From Bacteriovoracaceae bacterium (lineage in GTDB: Bacteria; Bdellovibrionota; Bacteriovoracia; Bacteriovoracales; Bacteriovoracaceae), in assembly GCA_018649885.1 (NCBI GenBank), contig JABIHA010000121.1:1-64000 (forward strand): a stretch of 64,000 nt of DNA, written 5' to 3'. A program made the translations under genes and the position numbers. Of this stretch, positions 49,645-59,685 are shown piece after piece; position 1 is the first letter of the stretch; each line of letters opens with the position of its first letter. The notes beneath the pieces were generated by a model, which was not told where the DNA came from, did not search any database, and saw only the letters and a list, made by a program, of their open reading frames with translations.

Positions 49645-51585
49645 ATGAGCAGTAACGAAACCAATCCAAAAAGACCAAAACAAGATATCCCCTCAATTTT
49701 GGGAAGAATAAAAAGACCTAAAAAAGCAGTAGTCACTGCTGGTATGCCCTATGCAAATGGGCCACTCCATTTGGGCCACTTAGCGGGCGCATTATTACCA
49801 CCCGATATTTATTCAAGATGGTTAAGAATGTTAATCGGTCCAGAAAATGTCCTCTTTGTCTGTGGTACAGATGACCACGGCTCAACCAGCGAAGTGGCTG
49901 CTTTAAAGGCAGGTAAATCAAACCGAGAATTTATTGACTCAATTCATACGGGCCAAAAAAAGACACTTGAAAGATACCATCTGGGGCTAGATATTTACTC
50001 AGGGACATCAAAAGAAGAAAATTTTGAAGAACATAAACAGTACTGCCAAAACTTTCTAAGAAAACTGCACCACAATCAAATGCTCGATAAAAAGTCGTCC
50101 AACCAGTGGTTTGATCCTGAGCTGAAATTATTTTTACCCGATAGATATGTTCACGGAACCTGTCCCAATGAAAACTGTCAAAGCCCTCGCGCCTATAGTG
50201 ATGAATGCGAAGTCTGCGGCACTCAGTACGATCCTGAAAAATTAATTAATCCCAAAAGTACTATTAGTGACTCTACTCCCGTTTTAAAGGAGACAGATCA
50301 CTGGTGGCTCAATATGTGGAAAGTCAGTGATCAACTCAAGCAGTGGATTGATGGCAAACAAAAAACGTGGAGAAAGGCAGTATTTAGTGAAGTTTCTGGC
50401 ACTGTTGCCCCTTGTATTGTTTTCTCTAATACCCATGAACCAAAATTCAAAGAACTCAGAGAATCACTTCCCAAACACAAAAGTCGATATGCTCCAGGAA
50501 AAAAGGTTGTGGTCCAGTTCAACTCACTTGCCGATCTTGAAACTGGTCGCAAAGCCATCGCAGAGCAAGGCATTGAAAGTGAGCTGATGGATGCTTGGGC
50601 ACACAGATCAATTACAAGAGACGTGTCTTGGGGAATTCCACTTCCGACTGAAAACGATCAAACAATGGAAGGTAAGACCCTCTATGTCTGGCCTGAGTCT
50701 CTCATTGCCCCCATATCATTTACAAAGGCGGCCTTAAAAAAGCAGGGAAAATCTCCTGAACAGTACAAAGATTTTTGGTGTGACCCTGAGGCCAATATTT
50801 ATCAATTTCTAGGGCAAGACAATGTCTTTTTCTATGTGCTAATGCAAGGGGCCTTGTGGATTGGAACCCAAGAGGAAACAAATCGTCTGCCCATAAAAGG
50901 GGAGCTTCAATTAACAGATATCTTTAGCTGCCACCTACTTCAAGTTGATGGTCAAAAGATGAGTAAATCAACAGGAAATTTTTATTCTGGAGACCAGCTA
51001 CTCGACGAGTACGGACATAGTGCTGATCAAATTAGATACTTCTTGGCATTACTCAGCTTACCAGAGAAGCCATCAAACTTTGATTTTGAAGCACTTAAAA
51101 AAAGAAATGATTTCCTGGCCGGTCCTCTCAATGCTGCCTTTGAAAAACCTATTTCAGCATGCCATTCTAAGTTTGGCTCAATTATCCCTTCAGGAAAGTT
51201 AATTGGAAAAACAGAAAAAGAAACACTTAAAATAGTTCAAATGTATGCTCGCTCTATGCCAAAAGCAGAATATTCAACACTTTTATTTGCCATAGAAAAT
51301 TACGCCAGGATTATTAACGGTCTTTTTACTATGTACAAGCCACACGACGATCGTTTCCCGGAAGAGGAAAGAGCAGATGCACTTTACTCCTGCTTTTATA
51401 TTCTAAAAAATCTTATGATTATGCTTCATCCCTTTGTCCCATCGACAATGGATAAGCTGCGCCAAACTCTTAATTTAGATGAAGATATCTTTAGAATAGA
51501 TCAACTTGGTGTTCCGATGCCAGAAAATCATCAAATTAATGAGCAGTTAGAGTACTTTCCGCCAACTAATAAAGAGGAAAGCTAA
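49645..51585 (+). CDS. Divergent methionyl-tRNA synthetase homologue (class I aaRS)
   Basis: PYANGPLHLGH, KMSKS, Zn knuckle CPNENC...CEVC, LPDRYV, RSITRD; specificity residues altered. Confidence 0.88.
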   Translation: MSSNETNPKRPKQDIPSILGRIKRPKKAVVTAGMPYANGPLHLGHLAGALLPPDIYSRWLRMLIGPENVLFVCGTDDHGSTSEVAALKAGKSNREFIDSIHTGQKKTLERYHLGLDIYSGTSKEENFEEHKQYCQNFLRKLHHNQMLDKKSSNQWFDPELKLFLPDRYVHGTCPNENCQSPRAYSDECEVCGTQYDPEKLINPKSTISDSTPVLKETDHWWLNMWKVSDQLKQWIDGKQKTWRKAVFSEVSGTVAPCIVFSNTHEPKFKELRESLPKHKSRYAPGKKVVVQFNSLADLETGRKAIAEQGIESELMDAWAHRSITRDVSWGIPLPTENDQTMEGKTLYVWPESLIAPISFTKAALKKQGKSPEQYKDFWCDPEANIYQFLGQDNVFFYVLMQGALWIGTQEETNRLPIKGELQLTDIFSCHLLQVDGQKMSKSTGNFYSGDQLLDEYGHSADQIRYFLALLSLPEKPSNFDFEALKKRNDFLAGPLNAAFEKPISACHSKFGSIIPSGKLIGKTEKETLKIVQMYARSMPKAEYSTLLFAIENYARIINGLFTMYKPHDDRFPEEERADALYSCFYILKNLMIMLHPFVPSTMDKLRQTLNLDEDIFRIDQLGVPMPENHQINEQLEYFPPTNKEES

Positions 51586-51695
51586 GCTCACTAAGTTCAA
51601 CTAAATACCTTGTGTCTAATTTCGAGATTTTTTTTTACACTTGCTGGAAATTTACAAATTCCTCTTCCGCAATCTATTAAAATCGCATTCAAAAA

Positions 51696-51712
51696 CTGGC
51701 GCTTATCTTGCT
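51696..51712 (+). promoter_or_regulatory. sigma54 promoter CTGGCGCTTATCTTGCT
   Basis: GG-N10-GC, upstream of the CAP gene. Confidence 0.7.
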
Positions 51713-51765
51713 TTTAATAAGGGTACCAGGCCAAGGAATGGTCAAAGTTCAAACAAGGATAGTTT

Positions 51766-53073
51766 ATGAAGGTTCTCCTACTCGTACTACTTTTCATTAC
51801 ATTTATTACTACTGGTTGCAATGACAGTGACTCTGCAAGTGCAGGATCTTCTGCAAGTGGTGACGTACAAGACCCCCAGCCAATACTTCCGGGAGATGAG
51901 GGATTTTGTGATGAACAGTGTCAGTTTAAAGAGGACCTTTTGAGTAAGCACAACCAGTTAAGAGAGATGGTAAGTAATGGAGAGATTGAAGGCCTTCCTG
52001 TTAGCACCAATCAACTCCCCGAATTAGAGTGGGATGAAAACTTAGCGACTGTCGCCGCTAACTTTATTCAAAATTGTGGCTCTGGCCATGACGACCAAAG
52101 AACCGAATTAACCCGTCAGCTAGGTTCAGATTATAGCTATGTGGGTGAGAATATTTTTATCACAACTAATATAAATGACTCAAATCAAGTATACACAGAT
52201 GGTATTCAATCTTGGTTTGATGAGCATCAAAACTATAACTACAATAATATCTCATGTGAGGGGGGCGTTTGTGGTCACTTCACTCAAGTTATCTGGGAGA
52301 ATACAACAAAAGTAGGATGCGCAAAAATCATTTGCCAAGGTATTGAAGATTCTACTAATGGCCCATCGGCACTTCTTGTTTGTAACTATGGAGAAGGTGG
52401 GAATTACGCCAATCAAAACCCTTATAGTTCAGAAGGCAATATTGGTCCTCAGACTCCACCACCAGTGGAGGAAAATGATGAATTCGACATGGTTTGGGAA
52501 AATGGACATTTTATTGCAAGTGATCTGATCTTTGACGACAAAAAGATTCTAGTCGAAGGAGATTTAATTATTGAAGAGCATGGTGAAGTTCTATTCAGAG
52601 GCTGCAAACTTGAAGTAGAGGGAGACCTTATACTTGAGAGAAATTCTGTCACCTTATTTGAAGAATGTGATATTGAAATCAACGGAAAATTAAAGATCCA
52701 AGATACGGCCATCTCTGAATTCAATGGGAGTTACATGGACGTGTCAGGAAGAATAGAAATAAAAGATGATGCAGAGGTGAGCTTTGAAGGAGTAGAATTA
52801 TATCTAACCAATGTCTTAAAAATCAGTAACAGATCAGAAGTTTACATTTACGGTTCATTATTTGAAATCGTTTCACCAAATCCAGCTGACAAGAGTAAAA
52901 TTGACCATCAAGCGAGAGTTGAAATCACAGACAGCGAGCTAACAGGCAACACTCAAGGCGGTCATACTCTTGAGATCAAAAGAAATGCCTACTTAGGACT
53001 AACCGATACGTACCATGATTTTAATTTAGTGATAAAAAATGATGCAACAGTTTTCTATGGAGATGATAATTAA
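51766..53073 (+). CDS. CAP/SCP-domain lipoprotein with an acidic C-terminal beta-solenoid
   Basis: TTGC lipobox; HNQLR, LEWD, GENI, GHFTQVIW, VGCA, VCNY; ~23-aa periodic repeats. Confidence 0.85.
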   Translation: MKVLLLVLLFITFITTGCNDSDSASAGSSASGDVQDPQPILPGDEGFCDEQCQFKEDLLSKHNQLREMVSNGEIEGLPVSTNQLPELEWDENLATVAANFIQNCGSGHDDQRTELTRQLGSDYSYVGENIFITTNINDSNQVYTDGIQSWFDEHQNYNYNNISCEGGVCGHFTQVIWENTTKVGCAKIICQGIEDSTNGPSALLVCNYGEGGNYANQNPYSSEGNIGPQTPPPVEENDEFDMVWENGHFIASDLIFDDKKILVEGDLIIEEHGEVLFRGCKLEVEGDLILERNSVTLFEECDIEINGKLKIQDTAISEFNGSYMDVSGRIEIKDDAEVSFEGVELYLTNVLKISNRSEVYIYGSLFEIVSPNPADKSKIDHQARVEITDSELTGNTQGGHTLEIKRNAYLGLTDTYHDFNLVIKNDATVFYGDDN

Positions 53074-53078
53074 GAAAT

Positions 53079-53109
53079 AAAAAAAGGGAGCTTGGTAGCT
53101 CCCTTTTTT
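53079..53109. terminator. Bidirectional intrinsic terminator
   Basis: A-run, gggagct-tggt-agctccc, T-run between convergent genes. Confidence 0.88.
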
Positions 53110-53129
53110 ATCAGAAATATATTATTAAA

Positions 53130-53720
53130 TTATTCAGCTACTATTCCGTTACAAACATTACCTAAACATTCAACATCTTCTTCTAAAGAAAGATCCGCAG
53201 GCTCAAATGCGATAGTTTCATCGTATTCACTTTCATTAACTGATGGACACGATTGTTGGGCCAAAACTCTTAGATTACTTTCAAAGGCCATTAAATTTCG
53301 TGGTTCATTTCCAGCTCTTTTATATCCAAATCCAGCTAACCTATCTTCAAATGCTTCATATGAAACAGAAATAAAGGCGACTCCTCTACAACTAGCACTT
53401 ATTTCAGGATCTATATTAGCAGCTACTAAACCAGCCTCTTCAGCAAACTCTCCTGCAATTTTTTCAACCCACAATCCTAATTCTGCTAACTCTTTTCCAC
53501 CAATGTCATTTTTAATATATCTTTGGGTGTCCAGTATAAGAGAATCGATCTCTCTAAGCATATACATTCTATTTTCATAGGTATTATCGACTCTTTCAGC
53601 TGAGCCAAGAATCTTTTCATGGTGAATTTCTCCAACAGCGCTCATTCTGGGATCTTCGCTTTGACAAAAAACATTTAAAGAAAATACACAAATAACCAGT
53701 AAAATTAAATAATTTCTCAT
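53130..53720 (-). CDS. Secreted acidic hypothetical protein
   Basis: RBS, signal peptide, own promoter and terminator. Confidence 0.75.
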   Translation of the reverse strand: MRNYLILLVICVFSLNVFCQSEDPRMSAVGEIHHEKILGSAERVDNTYENRMYMLREIDSLILDTQRYIKNDIGGKELAELGLWVEKIAGEFAEEAGLVAANIDPEISASCRGVAFISVSYEAFEDRLAGFGYKRAGNEPRNLMAFESNLRVLAQQSCPSVNESEYDETIAFEPADLSLEEDVECLGNVCNGIVAE

Positions 53721-53761
53721 TTCAAACCTCTCTTTACTCTCAATATTTATACCTAAATAAG

Positions 53762-53778
53762 AGCAAGAGTGGTGCCAG
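53762..53778 (-). promoter_or_regulatory. sigma54 promoter CTGGCACCACTCTTGCT
   Basis: Full TGGCAC-N5-TTGCT consensus. Confidence 0.8.
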
Positions 53779-53864
53779 GTTTAAAGCAAATTTTCAAAAG
53801 GTTGAAGCGGCCTAAATCGCTACTTTTAAGTAATGTCTATAAGTTCACCCTATTTAAATAAAAA

Positions 53865-56171
53865 TCATTGGGCCTTTTTTAGCTTAAATGTCTGCTCAAT
53901 TTGGGCCTTAAATATGCTGGGATCTGTTGTAGGTCTTAGACAAACACCCTTTTCACAGACATAAGCAGTGCTCTTTCCCTCCATGGCAAATTTCCCACCA
54001 ATAAGAGGAATAGTAGAGGCCAATTTATTTAAAGGCCCTCCTTCACCCACGATGGCAATAATCCTATTGGGAAGAAAGCTTGCTCTTAATATACTAATCA
54101 TTTTCGAAGAGGTCTTATCACTTTTTTCAGGAGTCACAATAATCACTTCTTTTGCTTTATCGTGGTAAAAATCTAGGGCCAAAAGCATTTCAGAGAGTGC
54201 CAGTGGATTAGAAGTAAGAGTTCCTGAAAAGGCCTTAAAAACAGCTACTGCTCTTTTTCTATATTGATCATTAGTGGTGAACTCATGGAGTCTGAGTAGG
54301 TTCATCACCTGAATACTATTACCTGAAGGCTCGGCTCCATCGTAGCCAGGCTTTTCTCTCGCTAGTAGTTTTTCATGATCACTACTTGTCATAAAAAATC
54401 CACCATGACTATGGTCTTCATAAAATTTTTGGACAGTCTGGTCCAAGCTGATCGCCTCATTAAGCCAGCGAGATTCACTGGAAACTTCGTAGAGATCAAT
54501 TAGTCCTGCGATCAAAAAAGCGTAATCATCGAGGTAAGCATTGTGTCTGGCAGAATTGTCTTTAAAACTTCGATAAAGCCTTTTATCAATTATTAAATTT
54601 TTCAAAATGAAACTTGCAGCAGCTTTAGCGGCTTCAAGGTATTTTTTTTGATTGTAAACAAATGATCCCTGAGCAAAGGCTGAAATCATCAGTCCATTCC
54701 AGGCCGTGATAATTTTATCATCTCTAATGGGAGCAGGTCTTCTATTTCGATCAGAGTAGAGCTCAGCTCGGGCCTTATTAATATCAGCTCGGGCCTTAGA
54801 GGCGGAAATTCCAAGTTTTTTTGAAATGGTACTTAAAGCTTTTGGTGTATTTAATATGGTTCTTCCACCTTCAAAATTTCCAGCAGATGTTACAGTGTAA
54901 TATTCTTTTACTAGCGTGCTTTGCTCTTTTTTTAGCACTCCATCGATTTCTGAAGGGGTCCAGGTAAAATAGTAGCCTTCTTCTCTATGCCCCTTAGGCC
55001 CAATACTATCTGCATCTGTCGCAGAATAGAAACCTCCACCAGGAGATCTCATATCCTTTAGAACATAATCTAAAATTTCTTCTGCTACTCGCTTATACTC
55101 ACTATCATGTGTAACTTGAAAGGCCTCAGTATAAACAACTACTAGAAGGGCATTGTCATAGAGCATTTTTTCAAAATGAGGTACAAGCCAGCGCTCATCT
55201 GTTGAGTAGCGATGAAACCCTCCGGCCACATGATCATACATTCCTCCTGCGGCCATTTTCGTCAACGTTTTCTCTACAATATCCAGGTAGGCACTGTTTT
55301 TTGTTCTTCTGTAATAACGAAGAAGTAAACGAGATGATAATGAGCTTGGAAACTTAGGTTTTCCCGTAAGTCCCCCATTAACACTATCAAATCTCTTCTG
55401 GTAATAAGAAACAGCTGAATGAATAGGCAAGGTCCCTGGAAGCCCTCCAGAAGTAGTATGTTCAAGTCTTTTGGTGATAAATTCTGATAATCCCTTTGAT
55501 GAGTTGGCCACTTTTTCAGGATCTTGGTCAAAAATATTTTTGAAGTGTTTTAGCATGGTCAGAAAGCCGGCGCTTACTCCCCTATCTCCATCCCTTGCTG
55601 GAATATAGGTCGCACCATAAAAAGGTTTTTTATCTGGTGTCAGCCAAACAGTCATAGGCCATCCGCCACTTCCAGAAATCGCTTGAACAGCGGCCATATA
55701 GATGGCATCCACATCAGGTCTTTCTTCTCGGTCCACTTTGATCGCCACATAGTTTTGGTTTATAAACTTAGCGATCTTTTCATCTTCAAAAGACTCCTCT
55801 TCCATGACATGGCACCAATGACAAGTGGAGTAGCCCACACTGAGTAGAACGGGGAGACCCTTCTGGGCCGCCTTTTTAAAGGCCTCTTCTCCCCATGGGT
55901 ACCAATTAACTGGATTGTGGGCGTGTTGCAAAAGATAGGGACTGGTCTCAAGAAAAAGACGATTAGTATATTTTGGACCACCTTTAGAATCTTTATGGCG
56001 TGTGCGCGCTCTATAGCTCTTCCCTCTTTGCTTTTTCATTTTTTCAAATTTTTCTAACAAAAGGATTTCAGGGTTTTCAGCACCGGGAAGTGCTAGGTAT
56101 TTGGGCAACTTTTTTTGACAGGATATTATTACTAGAGAAAAACAAATTATCAAAATTTTAGTAAAACCCAA
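53865..56171 (-). CDS. YyaL/SPATA20-family protein (thioredoxin-like + alpha/alpha barrel)
   Basis: [41 protein letters not shown] start with RBS. Confidence 0.92.
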   Translation of the reverse strand: MGFTKILIICFSLVIISCQKKLPKYLALPGAENPEILLLEKFEKMKKQRGKSYRARTRHKDSKGGPKYTNRLFLETSPYLLQHAHNPVNWYPWGEEAFKKAAQKGLPVLLSVGYSTCHWCHVMEEESFEDEKIAKFINQNYVAIKVDREERPDVDAIYMAAVQAISGSGGWPMTVWLTPDKKPFYGATYIPARDGDRGVSAGFLTMLKHFKNIFDQDPEKVANSSKGLSEFITKRLEHTTSGGLPGTLPIHSAVSYYQKRFDSVNGGLTGKPKFPSSLSSRLLLRYYRRTKNSAYLDIVEKTLTKMAAGGMYDHVAGGFHRYSTDERWLVPHFEKMLYDNALLVVVYTEAFQVTHDSEYKRVAEEILDYVLKDMRSPGGGFYSATDADSIGPKGHREEGYYFTWTPSEIDGVLKKEQSTLVKEYYTVTSAGNFEGGRTILNTPKALSTISKKLGISASKARADINKARAELYSDRNRRPAPIRDDKIITAWNGLMISAFAQGSFVYNQKKYLEAAKAAASFILKNLIIDKRLYRSFKDNSARHNAYLDDYAFLIAGLIDLYEVSSESRWLNEAISLDQTVQKFYEDHSHGGFFMTSSDHEKLLAREKPGYDGAEPSGNSIQVMNLLRLHEFTTNDQYRKRAVAVFKAFSGTLTSNPLALSEMLLALDFYHDKAKEVIIVTPEKSDKTSSKMISILRASFLPNRIIAIVGEGGPLNKLASTIPLIGGKFAMEGKSTAYVCEKGVCLRPTTDPSIFKAQIEQTFKLKKAQ

Positions 56172-56320
56172 AGCTTCCCTCCCAGGAATCTGCGTAAGAA
56201 CTTCCAGTATTTGTTCAATTCTACCAACAATGATTAGGAGTGCCATTAAAGAAAATTTTATTGGAGCTCACTCATAAAGTGAGCGGTTTACTTTTTGTCT
56301 ATATCTACCCTACAAAAAAA

Positions 56321-57055
56321 TTAATACAGAAGTGGAACCCTATTCAAACCAGAAAGAGGAATAGGACGAACTTGAAAAGGATGTGGATAGTCGACTGCAG
56401 GTAGCAGACCAACTGATCTTCTTTTACTCAAGTCCGGAGAAAGAGATACCCCGGGGGTTGCAGTGGGATCTAAGTACAACCATGATCCCTTAATATATAG
56501 GGCCACATAAACATGACTAGCAGTGGGGAGGCCATTAGCAGCTGGATGATGAGCTGTAGCAATAGCAATACGGTCACGAGGTATCCCGAGTCGCCCTAAA
56601 ACCATGGCAAAAAGATGGGCCTTTGAAAAACAGGCAGACCAAACAAGGCGCTTGTTATTTCTATAATAAATTGCGTGCTCCAAAATTGTGGGCCACCGTC
56701 CATCAGGTCTTATGGATTTATAAACACTATCATTTACAAAGGCCTTACTTCCCAAAAAGTTCCATACAACTGAGACTTTCTCCCAAATTTGTGACTCTGT
56801 TTTGGCCCTTTTAGGTGAAAGACCCATATCCAAAAAAAGCTCTGTTATATAAGGGTGGGATTTCTCATAATCTAGAAAGTGATTATCTGTGGCAGTGTAA
56901 ACCTTGCCCCCCACTCGGGCCCAAAAATTCCAATAAGAGTTGTACCTAATAGAAGGATTGTACATTCCCTTTTCAATGCGAACCAGTGGCTGAGCGGATA
57001 CACTCATTGGATGAAATGCTAAAACAGTAAAAATAAGAGCAAATATTGTTTTCAT
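56321..57055 (-). CDS. Secreted transglutaminase-like (Cys-His-Asp) protein
   Basis: SACFSKAHL, HVYVAL, WLYLDPT. Confidence 0.75.
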   Translation of the reverse strand: MKTIFALIFTVLAFHPMSVSAQPLVRIEKGMYNPSIRYNSYWNFWARVGGKVYTATDNHFLDYEKSHPYITELFLDMGLSPKRAKTESQIWEKVSVVWNFLGSKAFVNDSVYKSIRPDGRWPTILEHAIYYRNNKRLVWSACFSKAHLFAMVLGRLGIPRDRIAIATAHHPAANGLPTASHVYVALYIKGSWLYLDPTATPGVSLSPDLSKRRSVGLLPAVDYPHPFQVRPIPLSGLNRVPLLY

Positions 57056-57181
57056 TCCTCTCCCCTAAGAGCAGTTTGAGTGATGCAATATTTCATATCT
57101 GCTTGAAAATTGTCAAATGTACACGCTAATGCCAGTAGGGTTTATTGGTTTTTCATTAAGTTATAGGAAATTAAGTGCTAC

Positions 57182-58180
57182 TTAAGCAGATTTTTTTGCA
57201 AAACCTACGCTATGCCTAATTGTAATGAGTGATAGGGCGATAAAAAGTGGAAATGCTCCAAAAAAATGTCTCCCAGAGTTTCCAATAAAACCCATCAAAA
57301 CAAAGAGAGAGGTTATGGGGAGTTGAATCCAAATACACGCTGGAATTGAAATTGTGGCCTTCTTTTTAATTGTCAGAAAGATTCCGTACCCAACTAAAAG
57401 ATAGCTAAGTAAAAGACCGTTACTTAGATCGTGTACTCCCTTAAAAGAAAAGAGATACTTAAGCACTCCTGGAATATATCCAAGAAAGTGAATGATCACC
57501 CCAATAAATGTACCTGAAGCACCGGCCACTCCCTCTCCCACAATAAGGCCTCGCACTAACATTAAAAATACAAGTGAAACCAATGTGGCAGTGATAAATA
57601 ACACTAAAGATTTTTTTTCTTTTCGAATAAACATTTCGATAACTGGAATTGCAAAAAATGGCAAAATAGATTCTTTAAAGCACACAATAATAGGCAGTGA
57701 AAACATCAAGGTTTTATAACGATGAGAAATCGTCATGTAACTAATAAAGGAAATGCCAAAGAAATAAAGGGAGTCCACAAGAGGAGTTCCGATGCTTAGA
57801 ATGAAAATTCGGCTTGAACTCAAAAGAAAAGTCCCCACCAAACAATAAACCTCTTCAAACCCAAGCTCTCTCAAAAAAAGAAATAAGAAGAGTAGCGCGA
57901 GCAGGCCCACACCAAAATTCCAGAAATAATAAATCGTTTGGAAGTTTTTTACGTTTGCTTCTACTCCCAATGTCTTTTGGGTTGCCCGCACAAGGCCTGG
58001 GATGATGAAGCGATATTTATGTGTCACGGTTACATTGTAATCACCCAAGGCCATTTTTAAATATGACAGTGAATCTTCTACTCCACGAGGATCTGTGTGG
58101 TCATAATGCCTAAATTGCTGCATCGTAACTCCATAGAGAATAGAGATCATTAAAATGCCGTAGATTAAAAACTTATTCAC
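57182..58180 (-). CDS. Polytopic membrane protein, GT-C-like
   Basis: TM then EDSLSYLKMA, HKYRFIIP, KES; about 9 TM segments. Confidence 0.55.
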   Translation of the reverse strand: MNKFLIYGILMISILYGVTMQQFRHYDHTDPRGVEDSLSYLKMALGDYNVTVTHKYRFIIPGLVRATQKTLGVEANVKNFQTIYYFWNFGVGLLALLFLFLFLRELGFEEVYCLVGTFLLSSSRIFILSIGTPLVDSLYFFGISFISYMTISHRYKTLMFSLPIIVCFKESILPFFAIPVIEMFIRKEKKSLVLFITATLVSLVFLMLVRGLIVGEGVAGASGTFIGVIIHFLGYIPGVLKYLFSFKGVHDLSNGLLLSYLLVGYGIFLTIKKKATISIPACIWIQLPITSLFVLMGFIGNSGRHFFGAFPLFIALSLITIRHSVGFAKKSA

Positions 58181-58194
58181 GAAAAAGACCTCTC

Positions 58195-59685
58195 TTAAAG
58201 AATGCTACGCTGAGAGGAACGTTTTTTGTAGCGGCTGCTCGGAAATTTGTATAGCTTGATGGAAAACTCCACCCCTAATTCAATCAACTCACGAACTCTC
58301 CATTTAAAATTCATAAGCATATAGCGAGGCCTGAAATAATACCTCCTAACTGCTCTTTGTAGCAGTTTTCTTACTTGCTTTGGATCAAGTCCATCGTGCT
58401 TATACACAAGATTAAATTGACTATATTTTTCTAGGTCATCCGTTAAAAGTCGCCCTTCTCTTTTCACCTGGTCATAAAACCCAGTTCCTGGATAGGGTGT
58501 TGAAATAGCAAATCGAGTTAAGTGAGTGTTGAGTTTCATAGCATAATCAACAAGACTATTTACCGATTTTTCTGTATCGCCCTCGAGCCCAAATATATAA
58601 AAAGCTGATATTTTCACACCAACTTTTTCACAAAAGCGAATCATTTTGAGTTGCAGGTCTTCTTTAACCAAAACCCTCTTACTTGCTTTAGCAATCTCCG
58701 GGTCATTTGTTTCAATACCAATATTAATATTTCTGAGACCGAGCTGATGCATTCGAATAATAAGCTCTTCGCTAAGCACATCCAGCCGAGTTTCCATGGC
58801 CCACTTGATTTTGACTTTTCTTCTTTCAAGTTCATCGCAGAACTCGGTAATAAATTGGTTTTTTAGACCAAAAACGGGATCACGAAATAAAATTCCTTTT
58901 ATCCCCCATCCCTTTTGATAATTAACAATATCATCAACAACTTTCCCGGCCGATCTCTGTCTAATTTTTGGGCCTTGAAATTCACCATAAGTGCAGTAAT
59001 AGCTACAACTATATGGGCAGCCCATAGAAGATTTTAAAGTGGCAAAAGGTCTCGCGTTTAGGGCGGGCGCATAGCCATAGTTTTCAACTGGAAGTCCACT
59101 AAGATCTGGAGAAGGCAAAGAGTCAAGATCAGTCAGTTTATGGACTGTCACAATTCCTTCTAACTCAGAGAGCTCTTTAAACTGCTCCATAAAGTAGGCT
59201 TCAGCTTCTCCTTTGAGAATAAAGTTGAAGTTACTAAAGAGTTCAGGTTTTACTCCAGGGAATGGTCCAAAGAATCCCACCTTTGCCTTGGGGTACTGCT
59301 GTGCAATCTTCTGGGCCACTATATTTTCATACTTATAATCAACAATGGTGCCGTAAATGAGTACCACATCAAATTCTGCACTTTGATGAGCTGGAATTTC
59401 CCCTTCAAAATACTGAACCAGGTGGCCAAGCTGCTTCAAAACAGATTGCAGATAGGCAAAAGAAATAACTGGGAGAGAAATAGATTTGCTCTTAATGAAT
59501 CGAACAATATTTGTTGCGACACTTCCACCATAATCATCAGCAGTTCCAACACCACCAGAAAGATCTTTATTCATGGCCATTTTTTTGTGATCATTGACAA
59601 CACTAACAAGAGCAAACCTGTAGCGCTTTGAAGGCATCACTGACATTGTCCCTGTATCACTTATAATTTGATCCCCACAATCCAT
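58195..59685 (-). CDS. B12-binding-type radical SAM protein (start uncertain)
   Basis: GEAE, LPSPD, GCPYSCSYYC, ETRLD, IGIET, TPYPGT. Confidence 0.85.
   Translation of the reverse strand: MDCGDQIISDTGTMSVMPSKRYRFALVSVVNDHKKMAMNKDLSGGVGTADDYGGSVATNIVRFIKSKSISLPVISFAYLQSVLKQLGHLVQYFEGEIPAHQSAEFDVVLIYGTIVDYKYENIVAQKIAQQYPKAKVGFFGPFPGVKPELFSNFNFILKGEAEAYFMEQFKELSELEGIVTVHKLTDLDSLPSPDLSGLPVENYGYAPALNARPFATLKSSMGCPYSCSYYCTYGEFQGPKIRQRSAGKVVDDIVNYQKGWGIKGILFRDPVFGLKNQFITEFCDELERRKVKIKWAMETRLDVLSEELIIRMHQLGLRNINIGIETNDPEIAKASKRVLVKEDLQLKMIRFCEKVGVKISAFYIFGLEGDTEKSVNSLVDYAMKLNTHLTRFAISTPYPGTGFYDQVKREGRLLTDDLEKYSQFNLVYKHDGLDPKQVRKLLQRAVRRYYFRPRYMLMNFKWRVRELIELGVEFSIKLYKFPSSRYKKRSSQRSIL

Noticed and set aside
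50407..50595. Intein in the MetRS homologue
   Set aside because: Too short, with no C-terminal HN followed by C/S/T.
53092..53580. 162-aa plus-strand ORF
   Set aside because: Antisense to the 53130-53720 gene and starts inside the terminator.
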